From: Acidobacteriota bacterium
GTDB lineage: Bacteria > Acidobacteriota > Thermoanaerobaculia > UBA5066 > Gp7-AA6
Direction of reading: 5' to 3'
DNA length: 58,780 bases
Assembly: GCA_031360505.1 (NCBI GenBank)
Contig: JANMBR010000100.1
Location: 1-58,780 of the forward strand
The notes under the pieces are model-generated. The model was not told the DNA's origin and did no database searches. It worked only from the letters and a program-made list of their open reading frames with translations. A program made the position numbers and the translations under genes. Below are positions 8,410-16,405 of this stretch, piece by piece. Position 1 is the first letter of the stretch, and each line of letters opens with the position of its first letter.

Positions 8410-8415
8410 ATTATA
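8410..8415 (-). promoter_or_regulatory. Perfect TATAAT -10 box 12 nt upstream of the dnaJ-like ATG
   Basis: Plus strand attata is TATAAT on the minus strand. There is no SD between it and the ATG at 8397, which implies a leaderless or very short leader mRNA. Confidence 0.4.
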
Positions 8416-8435
8416 GCGATGCCGAAATTAGGCCA

Positions 8436-8469
8436 TTGACACGCGCCCGGAGACTAATATTATTAGTCT
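8436..8469 (+). promoter_or_regulatory. Candidate sigma-70 promoter for lrp overlapped by a 19-bp perfect palindrome (operator candidate)
   Basis: TTGACA (8436..8441), 16 nt spacer, TATTAT (8458..8463). The palindrome AGACTAATA-T-TATTAGTCT at 8451..8469 covers the -10 box. Confidence 0.5.
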
Positions 8470-8520
8470 TATTCTCCGGATCATCTAATCTTATAAGGCA
8501 AGAAAAAGGGCATCGCATCC

Positions 8521-9009
8521 ATGAGCATCGACGAAATCGATCTCCGGATCCTCGACATGCTCCAGCGCAATGGGAAATTGTCCCAGGCGCGGATTGCCGG
8601 GGCTGTGGGCCTGACGACGCCGTCGGTCAACGAGCGGATCAAGAAGATGGAGCGCCACGGAATGATCCGGGGTTTCGTCGCCCTGCTCGATCACGAAAAG
8701 ATGGGCCTGCCGCTGACGGCCTACGTCGACGTCGCGCTCGAGCATCCCCGGTTCGAGAAGACGTTCGTCGACGACCTGGAAAAGCTCTTGAGCGTCCAGG
8801 AGTGCCACTACCTCGCCGGCGAGTTCGGCTACCGAATCAAGGTCAAGGCGGCCGACACGGCCTCGCTCGCCGATTTCCTCCAGAGGCGGATCCTGGGCAT
8901 CAAGGGCGTGACCCGTATCCAGGCACAGGTCTCGCTGTCCTCGAAGAAAGAGTCGACGCTTCTGCCCTTGATCGTCGAAAAGTCGGACAAGGACAAAGAG
9001 CCGAAGTAG
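8521..9009 (+). CDS. Lrp/AsnC-family transcriptional regulator
   Basis: 162 aa. The N-terminal HTH_AsnC motif is DLRILDMLQRNGKLSQARIAGAVGLTTPSVNERIKKME. A C-terminal RAM/AsnC_trans_reg-like domain follows. Confidence 0.9.
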   Translation: MSIDEIDLRILDMLQRNGKLSQARIAGAVGLTTPSVNERIKKMERHGMIRGFVALLDHEKMGLPLTAYVDVALEHPRFEKTFVDDLEKLLSVQECHYLAGEFGYRIKVKAADTASLADFLQRRILGIKGVTRIQAQVSLSSKKESTLLPLIVEKSDKDKEPK

Positions 9010-9045
9010 CCGTCCCGACTCCTTCCAACTTCCCCCGAGTCCCTC

Positions 9046-9642
9046 TTAGAACCGCGCCACCAGCCCGGCATCCGCGTTGAAGAATTGCCGGTGCGGACTC
9101 GTCGCCGCGTTGTGGTACGTGAAGCGAAGGACGAGGCCAAGATTCTTCACGATGCGAAACTCCCCGTCCACTCCCCCGTTGAAACCGAACACCCGCTCGT
9201 CGAGGTCCTGGTACGCCGCAAACCCGGGCGCGACCGGCTGCGGCTTGAACGAGTAGCCGCCGACGCCGGCAAAAATCCCGGCCGTGTAGAAACCGCCCCA
9301 GTAGGTGTAGGACACATCGACCGTCAGGTAGTTGATCCGCTCCTTGTAGCCCGGCATCGCGGCCGGCCCTGCGGGCGTCTCGACGGTCTGTCCCGCGAGC
9401 GCCTGTGTCGTCCACATCGAGCCGTACGTCACTCGCAGCAGCGTCGCCTTCTCCAGGCGGTAGTCCGCCCAGATCGTGTACTCGCTCGGCTTGAAGCCGT
9501 CGAGCGAGAAGGAGTGCTTGACGTTGTTCACCGAGCCGTACGTGGCGCCGATCCCCCACATCTGAGGCGACTGGGCCAGCGCCGGAGCAGCGAGGACGGC
9601 GCCGAAGAAGGCAAGGAGCAAGGATCTCTTCCAGGTCAACAA
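9046..9642 (-). CDS. Small outer-membrane beta-barrel protein (OmpW/OmpA-barrel-like)
   Basis: Alternating beta-strand pattern and a C-terminal ...GLVARF (terminal Phe). I moved the start to the TTG at 9642, which has GGAGG 5 nt upstream and precedes the signal peptide LLLAFFGAVLAAPALA. The track start at 9687 translates a repeat array. Confidence 0.7.
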   Translation of the reverse strand: MLTWKRSLLLAFFGAVLAAPALAQSPQMWGIGATYGSVNNVKHSFSLDGFKPSEYTIWADYRLEKATLLRVTYGSMWTTQALAGQTVETPAGPAAMPGYKERINYLTVDVSYTYWGGFYTAGIFAGVGGYSFKPQPVAPGFAAYQDLDERVFGFNGGVDGEFRIVKNLGLVLRFTYHNAATSPHRQFFNADAGLVARF

Positions 9643-9660
9643 CGGCACCTCCGAAAAGAG

Positions 9661-9686
9661 GGTTTCGAGTTTCGTTTCAGGTTCCA
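9661..9686 (-). repeat. Degenerate GTTTC-type heptamer array in the OMP gene leader
   Basis: Plus strand reads ggtttcg|agtttcg|tttcaggttcca. The 13-mer gtttcaggttcca (9674..9686) is identical to 3421..3433. Confidence 0.7.
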
Positions 9687-9794
9687 AGCCTCGATGATCA
9701 CTCTACTTGGGATCCGGCCCGGGATGAAGCGGATACAATTCCGCCGCTTCCCCAGTTTACGGAGGCCGACACGCGAACGCTTCGGGCGAAAACG

Positions 9795-10541
9795 GTGAAG
9801 GGGCTGGCGCGGGCCGCCGCGCGATTCTTCCTGCCCTCCGACTGCCTGTCGTGCCGGACGCGCCCGGCCGACGAGCTCTTTCGGGGCGGGGTCTGCGCGG
9901 ATTGCTGGAGCGGGCTGCCCGTCCCCGAAGCCGCGCGCTGCAGCCGATGCGACGAAGCCCTGCCCGGCGCACCCGACGGTTCGCGGTGCGGGCGCTGCCT
10001 GCTCGACCCTCCGGACTTCGAGCGGCTGCGCGCGGCCGCGGGGTATGGCGGCTGCGCGCGGCGGATCCTCCTCGCCTTCAAGTTCCAGGGCGCCGACTAC
10101 CTCGGCCCTCGCCTGGCAGCCGTCATCGCGCAGCGTCTCGGCCGGCCCGACGCCGACGAGGTCGCCGCCGTGCCGGCAACGTCCCGGGCCCGCCGCGCGC
10201 GGGGGTACCACCCGGCCGAAGTCCTCGCCGCCGCGCTGGCCAGACGGCTCGATCTTCCGTTCGCCGCCGGGCGGCTCTTGAAAGTGCGCGAGACCGAGAT
10301 CCAGAGCCGCTTGCCCGCCGCGCGGCGCGCCGCCAACGTGCGCGGCGCCTTCCTCGTGCGCGGAATCCCGGGTCCGCGCGTCCTGCTCGTCGACGACGTC
10401 GCCACGTCGGCCGCAACGGCGCGCGAGTGCGCACGACAGCTGGCGCGCGCCGGCGCGAGCGCCGTCACCGTCTGGTGCTTCGCCCGCGCGTCGCGCACCG
10501 ACGTCGATCCGCGCGCGGACATCGACCCCGAGGCTGCGTGA
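9795..10541 (+). CDS. comF: ComF-family protein (phosphoribosyltransferase domain)
   Basis: N-terminal double Cys pairs (CLSC...CADC, CSRC...CGRC) and the C-terminal PRTase motif VLLVDDVATSAATARE. GTG start. Confidence 0.85.
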   Translation: MKGLARAAARFFLPSDCLSCRTRPADELFRGGVCADCWSGLPVPEAARCSRCDEALPGAPDGSRCGRCLLDPPDFERLRAAAGYGGCARRILLAFKFQGADYLGPRLAAVIAQRLGRPDADEVAAVPATSRARRARGYHPAEVLAAALARRLDLPFAAGRLLKVRETEIQSRLPAARRAANVRGAFLVRGIPGPRVLLVDDVATSAATARECARQLARAGASAVTVWCFARASRTDVDPRADIDPEAA

Positions 10542-11437
10542 ATCCCCTCAACCGGCTCGTCGTCCAGACTCTGCCCCTCGTTCCCAGATCCCTCGTGCGC
10601 CGGATCGCCTCGCGCTACGTCGCGGGCGAAACGCTCGAGGAAGCGCTCGCGCTCGTGCGCAGCCTGAACGCCGAGGGCTGCATGGCGACGCTCGACGTGC
10701 TCGGCGAGGACGTGACGCGCGAGGACGAGACCGAGGCGACCGTGATCGCGTACGAGCGGGCGCTCGCCGACATCGCGGCGCGCGGCCTCGACAGCAACAT
10801 CTCGGTCAAGTTGAGCGCGCTCGGCCTGAAGCTCGATCCGGCGCACTGCCGCACGCAGTTCGCCCGCATCGTCGCCGCGGCGAAGAAGCACGCCATCTTC
10901 GTGCGCATCGACATGGAGGACTCTCCGGTCACCGAGGAAACGATCCGCATCTTCTTCGAGTTTCGCCAGACTTACGAGAAGGTCGGCATCGTGCTGCAGG
11001 CGTACCTGCGCCGTAGCGCCGAGGACGCGCGCCGCATCGCGGCGATCGGCGGCAACGTGCGCGTGTGCAAGGGCATCTACGTCGAGCCTGCCTCCATCGC
11101 CTTCCAGGATCGGGAGGAGATCCGGAGGAGCTACATCGAGCTCGTCGAACTGCTTCTGTCCGCGGGCTCCTACGTCGGCATCGCGACCCACGATCCGCAG
11201 CTCGTCGAGCGCGCGATCGGCGTGATCGGCAGGCTGCGCCTCCCGAAGGAGGCCTACGAATTCCAGATGCTGCTCGGCGTCGCCGGCACGCTGCGCCGGC
11301 GCCTGGTCGCAGGCGGCCGGCGCCTGCGCGTCTACGTGCCGTACGGGGACGCCTGGTACGCATACTCGGTGCGACGCCTCAAGGAGAACCCCTCCATTGC
11401 CGGCCACGTCGTCAAGGGGCTCTTCCGGGGAGAGTGA
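10538..11437 (+). CDS. Monofunctional proline dehydrogenase
   Basis: Trimmed from the track ORF 9851..11437 to the GTG at 10538 (GTGA overlap with the comF stop). Full-length PRODH-like sequence: ...ISVKLSALG..., VRIDMEDS, VLQAYLRR, VRVCKGIY, IATHD, FQMLLGV, VYVPYG. Confidence 0.9.
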   Translation: MNPLNRLVVQTLPLVPRSLVRRIASRYVAGETLEEALALVRSLNAEGCMATLDVLGEDVTREDETEATVIAYERALADIAARGLDSNISVKLSALGLKLDPAHCRTQFARIVAAAKKHAIFVRIDMEDSPVTEETIRIFFEFRQTYEKVGIVLQAYLRRSAEDARRIAAIGGNVRVCKGIYVEPASIAFQDREEIRRSYIELVELLLSAGSYVGIATHDPQLVERAIGVIGRLRLPKEAYEFQMLLGVAGTLRRRLVAGGRRLRVYVPYGDAWYAYSVRRLKENPSIAGHVVKGLFRGE

Positions 11438-11514
11438 CCCCTTCCGGGGACGGTCCCGGGAACCCGGGGAGGGGCCCGGCCGGCCCGGCGGTGGCATTTG
11501 ACAGCGCAGAAATC

Positions 11515-11520
11515 TATAAT
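11515..11520 (+). promoter_or_regulatory. Perfect TATAAT box 27 nt upstream of the 11548 CDS
   Basis: A lone perfect TATAAT in a GC-rich gap. The nearby TTGACA is only 11 nt away (wrong spacing), so this is only a -10 candidate. Confidence 0.3.
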
Positions 11521-11547
11521 TCCAAAGTGGACCCCCGGGCCCGGCAT

Positions 11548-13437
11548 ATGAAACGCAACTGCATCGCCTTTGCTCTCTCGGTCCTGTTGCTCGCGCTGGC
11601 AGGCGGGCAGGCGCTCGCCGGTCCACCCGCTCCTCCGATCTCCGGTGTGGTGCGTCACCTCGAAGCGCCCGTGTCCGGTGTGCTCGTCATCGTCCTCAAC
11701 CTCGGCGACAACTCGCTCGCCCGGATCCGAACGGCCACCGACGGCACGTTCGTGCTGTCCTCGGCGCCGGCTGGCGTGTACGAGCTCGTCGCGTACAAAC
11801 GCGGATTCGAGCCGGCGCTGCAGCGGCTGTGGCACCAGGCGGGGGTCGAGCAGGTCTCGGCCGTATCGATCAAGCTCACGCGCAAGGGCGGCTCGGCGTC
11901 CCCCGAGGCGCCTGTGCCGGCCACCATCTGGGACCTGCGGGATCGCCTGCCGACCGACGTGCTGCGCGAACTCGCCATCGAAGAGGTCGCCGACAAGTCC
12001 ACGCCGCCCGCCGAGAAGGTGCGCTTGAGCCAGCTGCTCGCGGGCGAGCTCAAGACCGAGACCTCCGCCCCGCAGGGCTCCACGGCCGCGCTTTCTCGCG
12101 CCGCCGTGGGTCTGCATGGCGGACTGCCGAACGGCTGGCAGTACGGCATCACGGGCGACTACGCGAGGCTCGGCGATCCGGACCTCCCCGGCGAAGTGAC
12201 CACCGGCAACGCGGCCGGCCTCGCCCTCGAGGTCAATCCGTCCGCCGACGCGCACGTCAACGTGTCCACACGGCGCAACATCCTGTCCTTGAACGACAGC
12301 CCCGCGAGCCTCCAGACACACGCCGTGAGCTGGAGCCACGGCGCCGAGCAGGGACGCGTCGAGTCGGTTGCGGCCCGCTACGTCGAGGAGACCAACCTCT
12401 ACCGCGCCACCGCGCTCGGCACGACCATCTTTCCGCTGGCATCGCGCACGTGGCAGGTCAACGGAGCCTACGGCCGGCCCTCCACGCTGGATGCGCCGGG
12501 GGTCTCAGTGGGAATGGCCTACCGGCACACGGAGGCGAGCGTCGGACCGTCCGGCGTGGGATCGGACGGCGTGTTCGTGCAGTCGGCGCCGGACGCGGAC
12601 CTCGCCGCATCGACCTCATTCCGGGTCTCGGATCAGCTCGAGGTCGAGGGCGGCGTCGTGGCGCGCTACATCGGCGCCGCCGCGTCGGGCTACGGCATTG
12701 CGCCGGTCGCCACCGTTCGCTACACGATCGACGGCGCAACGATCTACGCCCGCGGCCTCTACCGCGCGGTCGGGTCCACGGGCAACGCGACGACCGTCAT
12801 GCCCCGAGTGACCTCGATCGAAGAAAGCCGCGAGGCGGCGGCGACGCGCTCGTTCGCGGTCGGGCTGACGCGCAGTGTGGGACGCGATTCCACAGTGCAG
12901 TTCGAAGTGTCCGAGCAGCGCATGGGCGAGCTCGTGCGGGCATTCTTCGAGGGCGACTTCCTCACGGACTTCGACAGCATCTACCTGCTCGACGGCAACA
13001 ACGTCCGGCAGTACTCGGGCTCGATCCAGCAGCGCCTCTCGAATACCCTGTCCGGCAACGTCACCGTGCGCTACGGCTCGATCGACGGCCAGGTCGCGGG
13101 CATGAGCGCCGGCAGCTACGGCATCGAAAGCAACCAGGGCCGCTTCTGGTCCGCGCGGGCCGCGGTGGAAGTGCTGCCGACGCGCACCGGAATCGCGTTC
13201 CTGATCCGCGGCATCCGGCAGGACCTCCGGACTCCGGCCGCGACGCTCGTCAACGATTCGGACAAGCTCGCGCTGTCCGTGGCGCAGGACCTGTCCATCA
13301 TCGGCCTCGCGCCCTTCGGCGCCGATTGGAAACTGATCGTCGCCCTCGAGAACGCAAAGGGCACCGCGCTCTCCGATAACCCGGATGTCGCCGCTACCAC
13401 CAACCGCCTCCTCGGCGGCGTGGCGGTGGCGTTTTAG
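11548..13437 (+). CDS. Outer-membrane protein: carboxypeptidase-regulatory-like domain plus large beta-barrel
   Basis: Trimmed to the ATG at 11548 (MKRNCIAFALSVLLLALAGGQALA, signal peptide). The CarboxypepD_reg-like segment is GVLVIVLNLGD...TDGTFVLSSAPAGVYELVAYKRGFEP. The Gly/Ser/Ala-rich strand pattern ends in ...GGVAVAF. Confidence 0.75.
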   Translation: MKRNCIAFALSVLLLALAGGQALAGPPAPPISGVVRHLEAPVSGVLVIVLNLGDNSLARIRTATDGTFVLSSAPAGVYELVAYKRGFEPALQRLWHQAGVEQVSAVSIKLTRKGGSASPEAPVPATIWDLRDRLPTDVLRELAIEEVADKSTPPAEKVRLSQLLAGELKTETSAPQGSTAALSRAAVGLHGGLPNGWQYGITGDYARLGDPDLPGEVTTGNAAGLALEVNPSADAHVNVSTRRNILSLNDSPASLQTHAVSWSHGAEQGRVESVAARYVEETNLYRATALGTTIFPLASRTWQVNGAYGRPSTLDAPGVSVGMAYRHTEASVGPSGVGSDGVFVQSAPDADLAASTSFRVSDQLEVEGGVVARYIGAAASGYGIAPVATVRYTIDGATIYARGLYRAVGSTGNATTVMPRVTSIEESREAAATRSFAVGLTRSVGRDSTVQFEVSEQRMGELVRAFFEGDFLTDFDSIYLLDGNNVRQYSGSIQQRLSNTLSGNVTVRYGSIDGQVAGMSAGSYGIESNQGRFWSARAAVEVLPTRTGIAFLIRGIRQDLRTPAATLVNDSDKLALSVAQDLSIIGLAPFGADWKLIVALENAKGTALSDNPDVAATTNRLLGGVAVAF

Positions 13438-13446
13438 CGCCGGTCC

Positions 13447-13503
13447 GTAGGGGCGGCCCTTGCGGCCGCCCGGGGGACGGGAGGCGACTAGCCCCTCCCC
13501 TAC
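13447..13503. repeat. GTAGGGG...CCCCTAC GC-hairpin element (family copy C)
   Basis: GTAGGGGCGGCC-CTTGC-GGCCGCCC, then a second imperfect hairpin, closed by CCCCTAC. It starts 10 nt after the OMP stop. Confidence 0.75.
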
Positions 13504-13653
13504 GGCACCAACCGAAGTTAGGGTGAGGGGCACATCCAATTCTTTTTTGGACTATATTCAGATTCTTGGTTTCTCCATCCCGTGGCGCCTCGCAGTCAGA
13601 TCTTAAATACATGTTTTCAAACGGTTTAAATGCCACGGTCAGACTCCCAACAG

Positions 13654-13669
13654 TGGCATTCGGATTGCT
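13654..13669 (+). promoter_or_regulatory. Sigma-54 (-24/-12) promoter in front of the sensor kinase / NtrC-type operon
   Basis: TGGCATTCGGATTGCT. The GG and GC dinucleotides sit at the canonical spacing of TGGCAC-N5-TTGCW. The GC lies 13 nt before the GTG at 13682. The -24 box is the right arm of the 8-bp inverted repeat AATGCCAC-N16-GTGGCATT (13629..13660). Confidence 0.6.
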
Positions 13670-13681
13670 GAATCAACGTCC

Positions 13682-16405
13682 GTGAACCACGTGGCAAAGA
13701 GACTGGTCGTTCTGGCGCTCGTCGCGTTGACCCTGGGCACGGTCGCGCTCGGGTTCATCTCATTTGCCCGCAAAGTCGACACCTTCTCCGCCGCCGGCTT
13801 CGCGTCGGTGAGGGATGGCGGAGCACTCGTCCTGCAGTCGGTCGAGCCGGGCGGCGCCGCCGCGCGCGCGGGCCTCTCCGCGGGGGACCGCATCATCCTC
13901 GTCGACGGGCAGACCGCCGCCTCGATCGCCCGCCCGGACCGTCAGCTCGCCCGTAAGCCGTTTCCGCACGCGCTCGTCGTCCTCTCGCCCGCCGGCGAGA
14001 TCCGCGGCGCGTCGCTCGGCGAGCCTTCGGTCCGCTTCGACGCCACGTACCTCTTCCTCGCGTTCGTCGGAATCCTGTACCTCGTCATCGGGCTCTTCAC
14101 GATCGCGCGCGAGCGCACCGCCGCCGCGTGCGTGTTCTGGGCGCTCTGCCTCTGCTCGTTCGCCGTCTACGTCCTGACCCCGGCCGGAGCGCACGACGCC
14201 ATGTGGCGGGTTTCGTGGCTCGCCGAGGATTTCTTCCGCGCGTTTCTTCCCGCGCTGCTCCTGCACTTCTTCCTGCTCTTCCCCCGGCCGGTCCGCGTGC
14301 GCCGCGTCCTGCCGCTGCTCTACGTGCCGGCGGGCGTCTACATCGCCGCCGAGCTCGCGGTCCTCGCCGCCCGCCCCTCTCCCGGTGCGGCTGCGTTCCT
14401 CGAAGCCTGCGAACGGCTCTGGTTCGTCTACTTCGCCGTGTACGTCTCGGCCGTTCTCGCCCGGTTGATCGATCTTTTGCGCCGCCACCGCGAGGACGCG
14501 GAAGCCGAGAAGCAGGTCCGCTGGATCGCCCTCGGTGTGATCGTGGGCCTAGCGCCCTTCCTGATCCTCTCGGCCCTGCCGCGGGCGTTCGGCCTCGAGT
14601 CGCCTCTGCTCTCGAGCATCGCCGTGGTGCCGCTCGTGCTCATCCCCCTCGCCTTCTCCTACGCGATCCTGAAGTGGCGGCTCTGGGACGTCGAGATCTT
14701 CGTGCGCGAGGCGATCGGAACGACCGGGGCCGTTCTGCTCGGCGGCATGACCTTCGTGCTGCTCAACTCCCTGCTCGACCGCACCCTCGTGGGGCTGGCG
14801 GCCGCCGGCAAGAACGTGATCGCCTTTTCCTCCGGCATCCTGCTCGCCTCGCTGCTCGTGCCCGTCAAGAAACGCATCACCGACGTGCTCGAGCGCATCC
14901 AGTACCACGACACACACCGCGCGCGGCGGGCGCTGCTCGACATCGCGCGCGATTTCGCGACGCCTCGACCCCGCGAGGAGGTCGTGCAGGCGATCGTCCG
15001 GCGGGTCGAGGAGGCCCTCCGAGTCGTCCCGTGCTCGCTCTTCTTCTTCGAGGGCGAAGGGCACGATCCGGACGCGGCCGCGCTGGCCGAGTCCCTCGCG
15101 AAAGACGACCGGCTTCGCCTGCGCGGGACCGCCTTCGGCGCGACGCCGCCCGGCGCCCTGCTGCGCCTCCACGCGCTCGGCTACCGCGCGTTCTTCGCCA
15201 TGCGATGCGGAGGCTCGCTCGTCGGCGCCCTCGGCGTCGGCTACAAGGACGGCCGCGTACCGCTCTCGTCCGAGGACGAGGCCCTCCTGACGGCCGTGCT
15301 GGCCCAGGCGAGCCTCGCCTACGAGAACGCGCGGCTCTACGGCGCGCTGGCACAGCGCCTGGCCGAGATCCGGACGCTGCAGGAGTACCAGGAAAGCGTC
15401 ATCCGGTCCTCGTCCTCGGGCATCGTCGTGCTCGACGCGAACGGCACGATCCACTCCTCGAACCCCGCATTCGCGCAGCTGGCCGGCCGCACCGAGGCCG
15501 CGCTCGTGGGCCTGCCGTTCGGGGACGTGCTGCCGGGAGTCGATCTCGGCGCGCCCCGGGAACAGTCGGACGAGTGGCGCTTCGAGGCGAAGCTCGCGAC
15601 TTCCGGGGGCGAGGAGCGCGACCTGCAGCTCTCCGTCTCGGCCTTCGCCGGGTCGCCGGACCGCCGCGTGGTCGTCGTCGAAGACATGACCGACCGCATC
15701 CGCGCCGAGCGGGCCCTCGCCGAGCGCGAGCGGCTCGCCTCGCTCGGGGTGCTCGCCGCCGGCGTCGCGCACGAGGTCAACACGCCCATCGCGGGCCTCT
15801 CGTCCTACGCCCAGCTCCTGCTCTCCGAGACGCCTCCGGGCGACCCGCGCTACTCGATCCTGAAGAAGATGGAGCGCCAGACCTTTCGCGCCGCGCACCT
15901 GGTCAACAACCTTCTCGAATTCGCGCGGCCGCGGGCGCGGACGCCGCTCAGGACCGACCTGCGGGGCGTCCTCGTCAATGCCGCGGAGTCGGTCGAGACC
16001 GCGTTCGCCGGACGTCGGCTCGAGATCGAGGCGGACCCCGACGGGCCGCCCGCCCTGGTGATCGGGGATCCGCGCGATCTCGAGCAGGTGTTCGTGAACC
16101 TGCTCACCAACGCGCGTGACGCCTCCCCGGAGGGCGGCATCGTGACCTGCCACCTCGAGCGCGCCGGCGAGAGCATCCGCGTGACGATCGCCGACCGCGG
16201 ACCCGGCCTCACTCCGGCGGTGGCCGAGCGCGTGTTCCAGCCCTTCTACACGACGAAGAAATCCGGCGGCACGGGGCTCGGCCTCGCGATCTCCCGCGAC
16301 ATCGTGCGGCGCCACGGCGGGACCATCGCGCTGTCCGCGCGCGAGGGCGGCGGCGCGGAGGCCCGCGTCGAGCTGCCGCTCGTGCCGGCGGGATCGCCCT
16401 CGTGA
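13682..16405 (+). CDS. Multi-domain sensor histidine kinase: TM - PDZ - polytopic membrane region - GAF-like - PAS - HisKA - HATPase
   Basis: 907 aa. The PDZ-like segment is GALVLQSVEPGGAAARAGLSAGDRIILVDGQ. About 8 hydrophobic helices follow. Kinase motifs: H-box AAGVAHEVNTPIAG, N-box NLLTNARDA, G-boxes DRGPGL and GGTGLGLAIS. The stop overlaps the next start (GTGA). Confidence 0.9.
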   Translation: MNHVAKRLVVLALVALTLGTVALGFISFARKVDTFSAAGFASVRDGGALVLQSVEPGGAAARAGLSAGDRIILVDGQTAASIARPDRQLARKPFPHALVVLSPAGEIRGASLGEPSVRFDATYLFLAFVGILYLVIGLFTIARERTAAACVFWALCLCSFAVYVLTPAGAHDAMWRVSWLAEDFFRAFLPALLLHFFLLFPRPVRVRRVLPLLYVPAGVYIAAELAVLAARPSPGAAAFLEACERLWFVYFAVYVSAVLARLIDLLRRHREDAEAEKQVRWIALGVIVGLAPFLILSALPRAFGLESPLLSSIAVVPLVLIPLAFSYAILKWRLWDVEIFVREAIGTTGAVLLGGMTFVLLNSLLDRTLVGLAAAGKNVIAFSSGILLASLLVPVKKRITDVLERIQYHDTHRARRALLDIARDFATPRPREEVVQAIVRRVEEALRVVPCSLFFFEGEGHDPDAAALAESLAKDDRLRLRGTAFGATPPGALLRLHALGYRAFFAMRCGGSLVGALGVGYKDGRVPLSSEDEALLTAVLAQASLAYENARLYGALAQRLAEIRTLQEYQESVIRSSSSGIVVLDANGTIHSSNPAFAQLAGRTEAALVGLPFGDVLPGVDLGAPREQSDEWRFEAKLATSGGEERDLQLSVSAFAGSPDRRVVVVEDMTDRIRAERALAERERLASLGVLAAGVAHEVNTPIAGLSSYAQLLLSETPPGDPRYSILKKMERQTFRAAHLVNNLLEFARPRARTPLRTDLRGVLVNAAESVETAFAGRRLEIEADPDGPPALVIGDPRDLEQVFVNLLTNARDASPEGGIVTCHLERAGESIRVTIADRGPGLTPAVAERVFQPFYTTKKSGGTGLGLAISRDIVRRHGGTIALSAREGGGAEARVELPLVPAGSPS

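Noticed and set aside
11491-11510. TGGCATTTGACAGCGC as a second sigma-54 promoter upstream of the 11548 OMP gene
   Set aside because: The GC dinucleotide is displaced by one position from the invariant -24/-12 spacing, and TTGC is absent. The TTGACA it contains is only 11 nt from the TATAAT box, so it is not a standard -35 either.
14128-16315. Long alternative-frame and antisense ORFs (14128..16119 plus, 14549..16315 minus, 16246..17457 minus) over the kinase and NtrC genes
   Set aside because: Their composition is dominated by R, P, G and A, with no domain motifs. The annotated frames carry complete H/N/G boxes and AAA+ motifs.
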